A program made the translations under genes and the position numbers. From the IMG/VR virus record IMGVR_UViG_3300022666_000353, positions 29,840-93,839 of that record: a stretch of 64,000 bases of DNA, one strand, 5' to 3'. The first letter of the stretch is position 1; each line of letters opens with the position of its first letter. This stretch comes from a virus. The notes beneath the pieces are model-generated. The model did no database searches, was not told the DNA's origin, and saw only the letters and a program-made list of their open reading frames with translations. This document shows, piece by piece, positions 15,903-24,621 of this stretch.

Positions 15903-16456
15903 TAGTTGCCGGTCTCTGCCGGCTGTCACGGTGTCTGGTTGGCACATTTCCTTGACGCGTTGTGGCATACGATTAACGCCTTCACTCGACCGCCTCATGC
16001 TCTGTGTGTCACCGTTTACACGTTTAGGTTTAACAGTTCCGGCTATGACGGCGTCGCTCTCGCGCAAAGGCTCTGAGGGCGTTACACGGGCGTCCAGGAA
16101 TACTCTCGGACAGTCTCACCCTATCCTGTCAAACCCGCAGTTCCTCTCGTTGTGCGGGCAAACCCGTGCACTAGCACTGTTGTAAAGTCTCGAACCACAC
16201 AGTTCTTTGGAACTCCACCTGTTACCAGGTATAGAAGAAGACCGCGTAGTCGTCTAACAGCAGCGATTGTTTCCCTGTGGTTCTTACCAACTCCTCGCGT
16301 GTCCCGCTGTGTTAGGCTTGATTTCAGGTTGCGCCTCCCTACTCTCTTCCACTCGCCACTCTTTAAAGGATGACGTGCTAAGTCAACCTCCCGTCAGTCT
16401 CAGCCGGATGTGACCACCTGGTGTGTTATTACTACAAACACCACCAGGCTCATCCA
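15903..16456 (-). ncRNA. candidate large (~550 nt) ornate ncRNA
   Basis: No SD-led ORF; nested helices CCTGGTG/ACCAGG, AGGTTG/CAACCT, CTAACA-CAGCG/CGCTG-TGTTAG, AACAGT/ACTGTT, TGCACGGGT/GCCCGTGTA, GCCCGCA/TGCGGGT; GUAA and GAGA tetraloops. Confidence 0.65.
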
Positions 16457-16510
16457 AATAATATACGGTTGTTAATGTGCTATTAAAAACATTTTATATT
16501 TCTATGTATA

Positions 16511-16539
16511 ATTATAGCGCGTTAACCACCAGAAGTCAA
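16511..16539 (-). promoter_or_regulatory. sigma70 promoter of the RNA operon
   Basis: TTGACT-N17-TATAAT. Confidence 0.85.
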
Positions 16540-16544
16540 GCAGT

Positions 16545-16775
16545 TTATTCACTTTCTTTTGCAATTCTTATAAACTCTTGCTGCGCTACCCTCAACCACA
16601 GTCGTTCAAACGCGGCGTTGCCGCTGTGTCCATCCGCCAAAATACCCCAGTCTTTACGAACTGCATCCAGGTCACGGATGTTTTTAATCATCCTACGGTA
16701 CTGAAGCAGGTTCGCAGTTTCCAAACCAATAAGAATTACCAATAATAAACAAACCATAACCGTAATCATAGCCAT
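16545..16775 (-). CDS. small membrane-anchored protein
   Basis: N-terminal TM helix. Confidence 0.45.
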   Translation of the reverse strand: MAMITVMVCLLLVILIGLETANLLQYRRMIKNIRDLDAVRKDWGILADGHSGNAAFERLWLRVAQQEFIRIAKESE

Positions 16776-16799
16776 TTCCTATATGTTATAATTCGGCCT

Positions 16800-17189
16800 A
16801 TGAGCGACACACCTCTTATCCATTTCCGTCACCGCGTGGGCGACGGAGTTCACTATATTACCGAACACCCCCGCACCTTCAAAAAAGACGGAGAAACCCA
16901 GAGGGGAGACACATCCGAGCTTTGTATATTGCTAAACCTTGAAATCGTGTTGTCCTGTTTCGGACTACCAGGGCTGGACGAGCTGTGGAACTCCGTATAC
17001 CCAAACGATTTCATGTCTGTGGAAGATGTGTCATATATCATGTCCACTGCCATCGCGTTCTCGGACGAGTTCAATCCTAGAATACCGGATAATGTGGCTG
17101 ACGTTCTGCGCGACGTGCAAGCTATGCACTGCGACGAACTGGCAGACGCGGCAGAAGAGTTATTAAAATCACAGGGGGCTGTTGTTTAA
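16800..17189 (+). CDS. hypothetical protein, probably leaderless
   Basis: TGtTATAAT ends 7 nt before the ATG; no SD. Confidence 0.55.
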   Translation: MSDTPLIHFRHRVGDGVHYITEHPRTFKKDGETQRGDTSELCILLNLEIVLSCFGLPGLDELWNSVYPNDFMSVEDVSYIMSTAIAFSDEFNPRIPDNVADVLRDVQAMHCDELADAAEELLKSQGAVV

Positions 17190-17489
17190 CGCCGCCAGTT
17201 TACGCTCCATCTTTTCGATAAGAGCTTCCACTGGGTCCACACCCTCGGCAATACCCGCTACAATCGCCATGAGAATAACATCCCCAAGTTCTTCGGCGTA
17301 GTGCGTTGTATCCCATGTTGGTTTGTTCTGCGGGTTGTTGCGCACCCAGCCACCTTTTCTTTGAAGCAAAAGTTCCCACACCTCGGCCTGCTCCGTTGTG
17401 AGAAACCCGAGGGCCTCCATAGCTTCTGGGTACTTCAATCCCCTGCGGTCATAATAGTGCTTAACCATCTCCGTTAATTTGTTATCCAC
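17169..17489 (-). CDS. MazG-like nucleotide pyrophosphohydrolase
   Basis: E..EV.E and EELGDV motifs. Confidence 0.8.
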   Translation of the reverse strand: MDNKLTEMVKHYYDRRGLKYPEAMEALGFLTTEQAEVWELLLQRKGGWVRNNPQNKPTWDTTHYAEELGDVILMAIVAGIAEGVDPVEALIEKMERKLAALNNSPL

Positions 17490-18240
17490 CGTTCTGCTCC
17501 TTTTTAAACGCGTCTATCCACGTCCACCCAGTACGTGGTGTTACTCTATATATCTCTGCTACAGTGTCCGCTGAAAAAGACAGACCCCGCGACTGTAACT
17601 CTTGCTGCAAGCGACCCGACCGTGCGTCGTCAAAGAACTTAGCGCGGCGGTATTTCAGGCGTTCTAATTTCTCTTCCCTGGTTGGCACACTAGACGTCTG
17701 GTTCTGTCCACGTGTGGACTGCCCGCGCTGCTCCCTACGCGCCGCCTTGGCCATCTCTAACCCATCCAGCAACTCATTGTGCTGTGTACGGATAGCCAGT
17801 AGTATAGCTGCCGGAACGGTTAACAAGGTCAACATTGCGCGGGCTGCAATCAAACTGGTGTCTTTGTCTACGGTCCACGACGGCACACTAGCAGCATCCA
17901 GCAACACATTCATAGACAGGATTACAGCCAGGTAAAATAGGAACGTTCCGATGGCAATTCCTACCGGAGCTTTTAGCTTGTCGTCGCGGTACTTCCTGTT
18001 GTGACTCCAGAACGATATGATAGTAGACACAGACGCCATACCCATGACCTCGACCACAAACGCAATAGCCCCCGCAATTATTTTGTCAAACGCTAAACTG
18101 TTGACCATGTGCGCCCACGACATCGCCGCTGGTGCAAGTGGTGCCAGCCAGGGAGCAACGGCGGTCAGTGCGTTAACAATAGAGCCTTCCGTGTCACGAA
18201 TAAAATTGTTAATTTTGTCAAAAAAGTTTTCTTCTTTCAC
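17482..18240 (-). CDS. multi-TM + coiled coil + C-terminal HTH protein (DUF2637/Spd-like architecture)
   Basis: 4 TM helices, then SADTVAEIYRVTPRTGWTW HTH. Confidence 0.6.
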   Translation of the reverse strand: MKEENFFDKINNFIRDTEGSIVNALTAVAPWLAPLAPAAMSWAHMVNSLAFDKIIAGAIAFVVEVMGMASVSTIISFWSHNRKYRDDKLKAPVGIAIGTFLFYLAVILSMNVLLDAASVPSWTVDKDTSLIAARAMLTLLTVPAAILLAIRTQHNELLDGLEMAKAARREQRGQSTRGQNQTSSVPTREEKLERLKYRRAKFFDDARSGRLQQELQSRGLSFSADTVAEIYRVTPRTGWTWIDAFKKEQNGG

Positions 18241-18286
18241 CGGTAAACCCTCCTGTTAAGGGTAATGAGGCTGTCTTTCAACAGCC

Positions 18287-18544
18287 TCATTCGAACGATA
18301 TTTCAACTTCGTTTTTAATTCGGTCTTCCGGTATTACCCGGAGGACCCCTGGATATTTGTACGGAATGACCGCACCCCCATGACCCGCCAGTCCGCGCAC
18401 CTGTCCTGGTTTTAATTCCTCCAGGTAGTGGTGCGTGCCATCCCGTCGTACTCTAAAGTAAAACCACTCCTGTTCCCCGTGTTTACGTACTGCGACTAAT
18501 TCACCATCTAAACCGGGTTCACCCTCCCACAGTGAAGCTAACAT
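18287..18544 (-). CDS. hypothetical protein
   Basis: SD AGGAG. Confidence 0.55.
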   Translation of the reverse strand: MLASLWEGEPGLDGELVAVRKHGEQEWFYFRVRRDGTHHYLEELKPGQVRGLAGHGGAVIPYKYPGVLRVIPEDRIKNEVEISFE

Positions 18545-18546
18545 GC

Positions 18547-19197
18547 CTATCTCCTAAAACTGTGGAAGTCTTCTTCTACACGCGCCTTTTGTTGTGTCTG
18601 CTGTTGCTTAGGGCGGTTTCCCTGTAGCGTTGGATACGACGGTTGTTCTGTTCTTCGCCCGTGGCCCTGTTCTTGTTTACCACCGCGGTGCGAAGACTGC
18701 TGCTGGGGGTACCCGTTGAACTGTTCCTGCCGGTTATTCTGCTGTTGCGGCTGGTTATTACGAGCAGTGCCGAAAATATTTGAAAGGAAGTCTCCGCCCC
18801 CGGTCATACCCACCAAGCCCCAAACAAGAAGAGGTTCTGGAACCACTTCCAGGAAAATACCCAACACAGCGGGAAAAGCAACGGAGAACGGGTTTTCACC
18901 AACGGTTGCCCAGCTATATCCCTGGGCGTTAAGAATGCCGGAGACGTTCGTAAATATACCGTACCCGTAGCACATTAACCCTGCGACAGCCAACGTCAAG
19001 TTGTCACCCATACCCTGCTTGTTCCAAATTAATTGCACCACCGTGACCCCGACGGCTAAAACAATACCCACCCAGGCCATGTTCGGCACGTTGATGTTGA
19101 AGCCGTCGTATGAGAAGTTCATACTAACCACCCAAAACACGACAGCCATAATAGTGCCCAAAACACGAAGCATTTTGTTATACACTTCGAGCGTCAT
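18547..19197 (-). CDS. multi-TM protein with Gln-rich tail
   Basis: SD GGAGGT; 4 TM helices; Q/N-rich C-terminus. Confidence 0.7.
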   Translation of the reverse strand: MTLEVYNKMLRVLGTIMAVVFWVVSMNFSYDGFNINVPNMAWVGIVLAVGVTVVQLIWNKQGMGDNLTLAVAGLMCYGYGIFTNVSGILNAQGYSWATVGENPFSVAFPAVLGIFLEVVPEPLLVWGLVGMTGGGDFLSNIFGTARNNQPQQQNNRQEQFNGYPQQQSSHRGGKQEQGHGRRTEQPSYPTLQGNRPKQQQTQQKARVEEDFHSFRR

Positions 19198-19239
19198 AAC
19201 ACACCTCCAAAACAAACCCCCCGAATATTCTGCTATATT

Positions 19240-19269
19240 ATTATAGCATAGTATCCAGGGGCAAGTCAA
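19240..19269 (-). promoter_or_regulatory. sigma70-type promoter
   Basis: TTGACT-N18-TATAAT with TGn extension. Confidence 0.7.
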
Positions 19270-19293
19270 TACCTAGTTTATTTTTATAGCGTA

Positions 19294-20976
19294 CTAACCA
19301 ATCTCACACAACGAAAAGTCACAGTTCTCACAGTGTGTGCAGCCGCCCTCCTTCACCAGGTTACCATCACAAACAGGGCACTTGTCCTTCTTTATATTTT
19401 TCGGTTGCAGAACCTCGACCTGCCGCGAACCGTTGCGATATACAGTCAGGCCCTTAATGTACGGCGTCTTCCACGCTTCCATAAACATCTTAGCCACAGT
19501 CTCACGGCGAGTGCCGTTCGCGCAGTTAATAGTCTTTGACACGCCGCTGTCCACAAACCTCTGAGCAGCGTTCTGTACCGCGATGTGTTCCTCCCAGGTG
19601 ACCTCCTTTGCGCCGTTAGCAGACACAGCGCAGCGGAAGTGTTCCTGCTCAAACATGGGGTGGTGGATATTATACGTTCCTGTGTTATCTGTGCGCACCA
19701 TCAGCTCCGAAAAAATAGGTTCGATGCCACTTGAGCACCCAGCCAGTAACGAGATGGTGCCTGTCGGCGCGATGGATAATAAAGTCACGTTGCGACGCTT
19801 TACGGGCAAAACCTGGCAGGCTTCTGGAACGCCCAACTCCTTGCCGAGTTTTACAGACTCATCTTCAGCAACCGTGTAAATGAACCCCATGATACTTTCC
19901 AACTCGACCAAGGATTTCTGAGAACCGTAGGCAATCCCACGTTTAAGCAAATAATCCGCGTACCCCATAATGCCTGTTCCCACGGGTCGGTTGGCAGCAG
20001 CCCAATCTGTGATTTCCTTTGTGGGGAATGTGTTAACGGTGATGACTTTGTCCAAAAAACGAACAGACAGTCGCACCGCCTTTTCCATAAGTTCCCAATC
20101 CATACGGTTGTCCGGCGTAATAAACTTCGACACGTCCAATGAACCTAAGTTGCACACACCATAAGGAGGAAGTCCCTGCTCACCGCACGGGTTGGTGGCA
20201 TAAATGGTCTGCCCAGAATACTTATACGGGCTGTTATTCGTCTTTTCGAAGAACAACATGCCGGGCTCCCCATTTCGCCAGGCTCCCTCAACAATGGTAT
20301 TGAACACATCCCGAGCGCGAAGCTCCTCATATTTAACGCCGTTAAACTCAGTCCAGTACGTGCCGTCGTTCTCGACTGCCTGCATGAACGCGTTGTCCAC
20401 CATGACGGAGATGTTCGTGGTGGTCATCACGCCTTCTTTTTCCTTGGCATTGATGAACTTCATAATGTCTGGATGGTATACCGTCATTACACCCATCATA
20501 GCCATCGGTCGGAAACCACTTTGTGTCAAAGCGGACATGTCTCCGCAGACGGTGTCATAGAATTTAATCGGACCCCCAGCGTATCCGTGTGCAGAACCAG
20601 CCACAGGGCTGCCCTCGGGACGAATAAACGATAACGTAGTTCCACACCCGCCGCCTTTACGGGCAATTAAAGCGTAGTCGAGTTTGGTCTTATAAATATC
20701 TTCAATGGTGTCCTCGAACGGCAGTACAAAACACGCAGATAGACCACCATTCGGTTTACCAGCGTTAACGAGTGTCGGGGAGTTGGGGATGAAGTAAGCG
20801 TTTTCCAACATCGCCAGGGTCTCGTCATAATCCGGGTCGTCCCTTCCTAATACGTAGTCAACCACGCGGACGGCCACATCATGCCAGGTAGTTTCTCCTG
20901 GATGAAAATAACGCTTCTCCAAAATATTCTGACCAACGGGGTCAATATCACGAACGTGTATAAATTGTTTACTCAT
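19294..20976 (-). CDS. nrdJ: class II (adenosylcobalamin-dependent) ribonucleotide reductase with C-terminal Zn ribbon
   Basis: PNSPTLVNAG, SACFV, TNPCGEQ, CNLGS, APTGTIS, KGLTVYR; no nrdB nearby. Confidence 0.9.
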   Translation of the reverse strand: MSKQFIHVRDIDPVGQNILEKRYFHPGETTWHDVAVRVVDYVLGRDDPDYDETLAMLENAYFIPNSPTLVNAGKPNGGLSACFVLPFEDTIEDIYKTKLDYALIARKGGGCGTTLSFIRPEGSPVAGSAHGYAGGPIKFYDTVCGDMSALTQSGFRPMAMMGVMTVYHPDIMKFINAKEKEGVMTTTNISVMVDNAFMQAVENDGTYWTEFNGVKYEELRARDVFNTIVEGAWRNGEPGMLFFEKTNNSPYKYSGQTIYATNPCGEQGLPPYGVCNLGSLDVSKFITPDNRMDWELMEKAVRLSVRFLDKVITVNTFPTKEITDWAAANRPVGTGIMGYADYLLKRGIAYGSQKSLVELESIMGFIYTVAEDESVKLGKELGVPEACQVLPVKRRNVTLLSIAPTGTISLLAGCSSGIEPIFSELMVRTDNTGTYNIHHPMFEQEHFRCAVSANGAKEVTWEEHIAVQNAAQRFVDSGVSKTINCANGTRRETVAKMFMEAWKTPYIKGLTVYRNGSRQVEVLQPKNIKKDKCPVCDGNLVKEGGCTHCENCDFSLCEIG

Positions 20977-20999
20977 CCTTGCCTCCTAGAGAGAAAAAT

Positions 21000-21024
21000 G
21001 TGCGGGTCGTATGATGACCCGCAC
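21000..21024. terminator. GC-rich hairpin
   Basis: GTGCGGGTC-GTATGAT-GACCCGCAC. Confidence 0.5.
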
Positions 21025-21053
21025 GGGAATATAAAGTTGTTTCGTATGTGTTG

Positions 21054-21365
21054 TTAGTTGGGTTTTTCAACCTGCCAGAAAATGAGGGGCAGCGCGATTT
21101 GTGCTCCGAAGCCACGGTCGATTTCTATACCGCTTGTCATAACCTTCTGAATAGAGGCGCGATACACATCACCCGTGTCTTTGTCACGGACCTCAATCAT
21201 CTCCGCTCCCAGTTCCTGAGCTTGTTCCAATACCAGCGCATCCGTAGCGATAGCCAGGGGTTTGCGCAAAAAATGCCGCTTACCCGACAAGGTCTTACGA
21301 AACACAATACCGTCTACCGCTCCAACAATGTGACCGTCTGACGAAAACATAGGTGTAGATGCCAC
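21054..21365 (-). CDS. conserved phage hypothetical protein
   Basis: K...KRHFLRKP.AIA.D...DRGFG.Q..LPL..W. Confidence 0.65.
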   Translation of the reverse strand: MASTPMFSSDGHIVGAVDGIVFRKTLSGKRHFLRKPLAIATDALVLEQAQELGAEMIEVRDKDTGDVYRASIQKVMTSGIEIDRGFGAQIALPLIFWQVEKPN

Positions 21366-21366
21366 G

Positions 21367-21705
21367 TCACTCCTCCTCTTTAGTCTCGTTGATAAAGTAA
21401 CGGGAAAACTCTCGAAGACTCATCACAACCAGGCTGTCCTCATACCTCGCACCCTCTGGATGAATAACCGCAACTGGAATATCACCCGGCTGGTCCCTGT
21501 TATTTTCCGCCTGCGCTACAGCGCCTGTCATTAATCCCCAGGTCGGCCTGCGAGAATGCTTGACTTCTATACTCCAACCTGACGTAAGAATATCGTTCTT
21601 CCCCCCGTTCTTATCCCCATAGTCAGCACCACGCCGTTTTGCCCCAGGCCAGAACCGTGCAATCTCTGCTTCAACATGCTTCCAGGTCTTCGGTGGTTTC
21701 GTCAT
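21367..21705 (-). CDS. PD-(D/E)xK Holliday-junction resolvase-like protein
   Basis: E..IA, D...SIEVK motifs. Confidence 0.75.
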   Translation of the reverse strand: MTKPPKTWKHVEAEIARFWPGAKRRGADYGDKNGGKNDILTSGWSIEVKHSRRPTWGLMTGAVAQAENNRDQPGDIPVAVIHPEGARYEDSLVVMSLREFSRYFINETKEEE

Positions 21706-21745
21706 AATAACCTCTTCAAACGCGTACCAATAAAAAACACTAACA

Positions 21746-21970
21746 CTAATTTAGTGCAATCTCAGCTTCGTCACAGAACGCATCCACCGAACTGGAAGTC
21801 AAAACGAGAAAATAGTTTTCACGTGCAAAACGAATAGCGGCCATCCAGTCTTTAACCACGTCTCCTGAATACCACACACGGGGTTGTGGTTCATCTTTCG
21901 AACTCACAACGACGCCGCGATACGTTTCAGGTTTACCTTCGTCGTAGTCAATACGAATAATACAAATCAT
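21746..21970 (-). CDS. hypothetical protein
   Basis: ATGA overlap with the upstream gene. Confidence 0.5.
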   Translation of the reverse strand: MICIIRIDYDEGKPETYRGVVVSSKDEPQPRVWYSGDVVKDWMAAIRFARENYFLVLTSSSVDAFCDEAEIALN

Positions 21971-22197
21971 TCCATGTTCTCCAGTTCTGGTAACCATTCT
22001 GTTGGGCAGCCCCAACCAAACCGGTCAAGGTTTTCATCCACAGTGTCAACTATCACGCGAAAGTCGTCTGCATCAGACAGCAGTAAAGGAATACAGTCCT
22101 CCAACCGCAGTGAGTGGGATTCCATAACCAATTCTCCATCTATATAAAGACCCTGCCAGTCCCCACTCTGTGCTTTCAATATGCGGATTGATTTCAT
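21967..22197 (-). CDS. hypothetical protein
   Basis: DW.GLYIDG.L..E.HS motif. Confidence 0.6.
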   Translation of the reverse strand: MKSIRILKAQSGDWQGLYIDGELVMESHSLRLEDCIPLLLSDADDFRVIVDTVDENLDRFGWGCPTEWLPELENME

Positions 22198-22553
22198 TGT
22201 CCAAACCTCCTGTTGATAGGTGTTTCATTTGCCTGCTTACGTACGCGCTCGATGTAATCCAACTCTGGGCTCCCCCCAGTAATGATTGGCGGCGGGTGGC
22301 ATTCTCGGCAAACGCAGAGAAGGTTAGTGTAGTGTTCTCGTGGGTCGCCCGCTGTGTCCCCCCGCCCAAATGTGTGGTGGACATCAGAACGTGGAGTTCT
22401 TTTTCCATGTAGGAAGAAACAAAAGACGCATAGGCTTCCATCACGCTCGATTGCAAGAGCCGATTGAACCCGCCTGTATTCCTGTAGGTCTTTTTTCCTC
22501 TGTTCTTCTTCACGGCGTTTATCCTTCTTCTGTGTTTTTGGCGCTGCTGGCAT
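22194..22553 (-). CDS. HNH-family nuclease-like protein
   Basis: RD..CxxC...HH...NL..VCxxCH. Confidence 0.75.
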   Translation of the reverse strand: MPAAPKTQKKDKRREEEQRKKDLQEYRRVQSALAIERDGSLCVFCFFLHGKRTPRSDVHHTFGRGDTAGDPREHYTNLLCVCRECHPPPIITGGSPELDYIERVRKQANETPINRRFGQ

Positions 22554-22767
22554 GTTTATCCTTCACCATCCACAAAAAACGTCGGCCTTCTTTTTGTGTG
22601 TACACAGGCCACCCATTCAGGTTCATCTCACGAATAACATAGGAGACCTGGCTCGTTGTCGAGTTGGACACAGCGGCTACATCGGCAGTTGTGAACCACA
22701 CATTCAGGTGCGCTCTAATCCAGCGTTCAATACGAAACCGTGCTGTTCTTCCTGTTGCTACTGGCAT
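22519..22767 (-). CDS. winged-helix DNA-binding protein
   Basis: FTTADVA...SQVSYVIREM...GWPV. Confidence 0.55.
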   Translation of the reverse strand: MPVATGRTARFRIERWIRAHLNVWFTTADVAAVSNSTTSQVSYVIREMNLNGWPVYTQKEGRRFLWMVKDKHASSAKNTEEG

Positions 22768-22770
22768 GGG

Positions 22771-23160
22771 TTATTTATCCTTACATGCTGGGCACAGAAT
22801 ACGGATACCTGGTTCGACCACCCAGCCGTACTCTTGGAACAGCTTGACCACGACATCATCTGGCAGGTCGGTCCGTGACACGTCATAATCGAACTTTATT
22901 CCAATAGACAGGTCGCACGACACACAATCAACGAAGATGTGTGCCCAGTGAATGGACCAGCGCATGGCGTAGGACGCCTGAAAAGCAACCCGCCTGTGCC
23001 CCTGCTTCAGGTAAAACGTACGACCGTCTTCTGTCTGGAGTTTAATAGGGTCTGCCATATTTACCTCGGCGTCCAATCTAGTTCGCTTCTCGGACCACCA
23101 CAGCCTGCACAATGACCCCGCTGGTCGTTCTTGGTCCACCCAATACCCAGGCGTCTCCAC
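22771..23160 (-). CDS. Zn-binding hypothetical protein
   Basis: CxxC ... GW...CPAC. Confidence 0.5.
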   Translation of the reverse strand: METPGYWVDQERPAGSLCRLWWSEKRTRLDAEVNMADPIKLQTEDGRTFYLKQGHRRVAFQASYAMRWSIHWAHIFVDCVSCDLSIGIKFDYDVSRTDLPDDVVVKLFQEYGWVVEPGIRILCPACKDK

Positions 23161-23197
23161 AAATCATTTGGTTGGATAAGGTCAGACAGTTTACTCA

Positions 23198-24157
23198 TTA
23201 CTTCTCCACAGGCAGCCACGGTACGTCACCAGGATTAAGGTGCAGAGATAAAGCAAACATCAGGCGGGTGAACGCGTGCGCCAGGTGGTCGTCTGATTTG
23301 TCTTGCGCCAGGTATCCGTAGATGTGAGAGAGTGCGTGATTTAAATGGTCGTTGATTGAGATGCGTCTCCAGTTGTTAGGCGCATAACGACGTGCCCCGT
23401 AGTCTAACACGTTCGCTAGTGCGAACATGGTCACAGGGTCAATCAGGTCAAACCGGTAGTCCAGCTTTGACTGCATACCACCGCTGGCGCTGACCGCAAT
23501 GGGCGCATCTTTTCCGATGCCCGAAATTTTATACGCCGTGACATCTGGGTAGGCACCAACCTTGCCTTCCTCCAACAAACTACGCATCTGGTCCAAGTTA
23601 TTTGCGATGGTGAACACAGCGGCGATGTTTTCAATGAACTCCACTACCTCGTCCCAAGTGTCCGCCCGAAACGCGTCAACGGTTGAGCCCTGATTATGGG
23701 TTCGGGTAAACAGCACCCGCTTTCCTGGGTGGTTGCGTAAGTTCTCCGGGTTGTCGTCAATAATTACGTCCGCAGGAATAAGGTCCTTGCGGTGGGTCAC
23801 CACGTACTGGGCTCTGTCCGGGTTGCCGTTATTCGCTGGAATAAACCCATACTCCACCAACCAACTAAATTTGTTAGGATGGTCGCGCACGGTCACAAAC
23901 AAGAGCTCGTGGCCTGCCTCCCGTAGAGCGTCTACCCCATCTTTGGCGGTGTATACCGGTGGTACAAAGCGGTACAAATTAAGGTCTTCCAGGTAGTCAT
24001 AAATTTTGGACCCGCACTCCGGCTTCACAAACTTCGTCAGGTCCCACTCTGTAATATCAAACGGCTCTACGGTGTCATCGTAGTCGCGGTTGTACAAATC
24101 CAACCAGGTCGGAAGCAGGTCGGCCACCACGTCGTCCACGTCAACTAGGATTTTCAT
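23198..24157 (-). CDS. 5'(3')-deoxyribonucleotidase (HAD/NT5C) fused to a DUF5664 dNTP diphosphohydrolase-like domain
   Basis: DVDDV, IIDD.P.N, HN; C-terminal RFDLI...VL.YGA..Y...NW...H...DHLAHA. Confidence 0.8.
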   Translation of the reverse strand: MKILVDVDDVVADLLPTWLDLYNRDYDDTVEPFDITEWDLTKFVKPECGSKIYDYLEDLNLYRFVPPVYTAKDGVDALREAGHELLFVTVRDHPNKFSWLVEYGFIPANNGNPDRAQYVVTHRKDLIPADVIIDDNPENLRNHPGKRVLFTRTHNQGSTVDAFRADTWDEVVEFIENIAAVFTIANNLDQMRSLLEEGKVGAYPDVTAYKISGIGKDAPIAVSASGGMQSKLDYRFDLIDPVTMFALANVLDYGARRYAPNNWRRISINDHLNHALSHIYGYLAQDKSDDHLAHAFTRLMFALSLHLNPGDVPWLPVEK

Positions 24158-24621
24158 TTTTGCACCCAAACTGTACGATACTCAGGAGCTTTAAGGTTTT
24201 CTTTGTAAACTTCTGACTGACTGTCCGCGCAGTACCCGGCAACCTGGTCAGCCATGTTGTTGTACCTATTCGGACCATGGGCTTTAATGTGTTCCGCAGA
24301 AATCCGATGACCGCCTTTATTAAGTGTATAAATAAGACGGGCCCAGATAGGTGTGTTTGTAGCCGGAGTAATTCCTAGCAGGACTTTGTTAATCCCACTG
24401 ATAACATACGTACTGTCCGTCATAATTTTTACGTCACACGGCTCGGGTAGTTTGGCCAGGCCGCCAATAACCGCCTCAGTTTCCATGGCGTTATTCGTAA
24501 CCAGACGGGCGTGACCACCCACAATAATGTGCCCGTCGTCTGAGACAATCACGGCAGCCCAGCCACCTTTACCTGGGTTACCCCTACTCGACCCGTCAGT
24601 CCAAATTTGTACTGATTTCAT
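24154..24621 (-). CDS. rnhA: ribonuclease HI
   Basis: TDGS..GNPG.GGWA, TNN.ME, TDS.YV, KAH, N..AD. Confidence 0.92.
   Translation of the reverse strand: MKSVQIWTDGSSRGNPGKGGWAAVIVSDDGHIIVGGHARLVTNNAMETEAVIGGLAKLPEPCDVKIMTDSTYVISGINKVLLGITPATNTPIWARLIYTLNKGGHRISAEHIKAHGPNRYNNMADQVAGYCADSQSEVYKENLKAPEYRTVWVQK

Noticed and set aside
12992-16373. ORF-track proteins overlapping the RNA operon (e.g. 12992-13537, 15207-15515, 15751-15945)
   Set aside because: They overlap tRNA/tmRNA structure and lack SD sequences; 15751-15945 is simply the tmRNA tag frame.
15903-16456. RNase P RNA or group I intron
   Set aside because: Only weak fragments (GAGGAAC, GACGACTA); the paired P4 strands of RNase P and the P7 partner strand of a group I intron were not found, and there is no interrupted gene.
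23198-24157. 2-aminoadenine (Z) genome
   Set aside because: No purZ in the window; DUF5664 alone is insufficient, and GATC avoidance suggests restriction-sensitive DNA.
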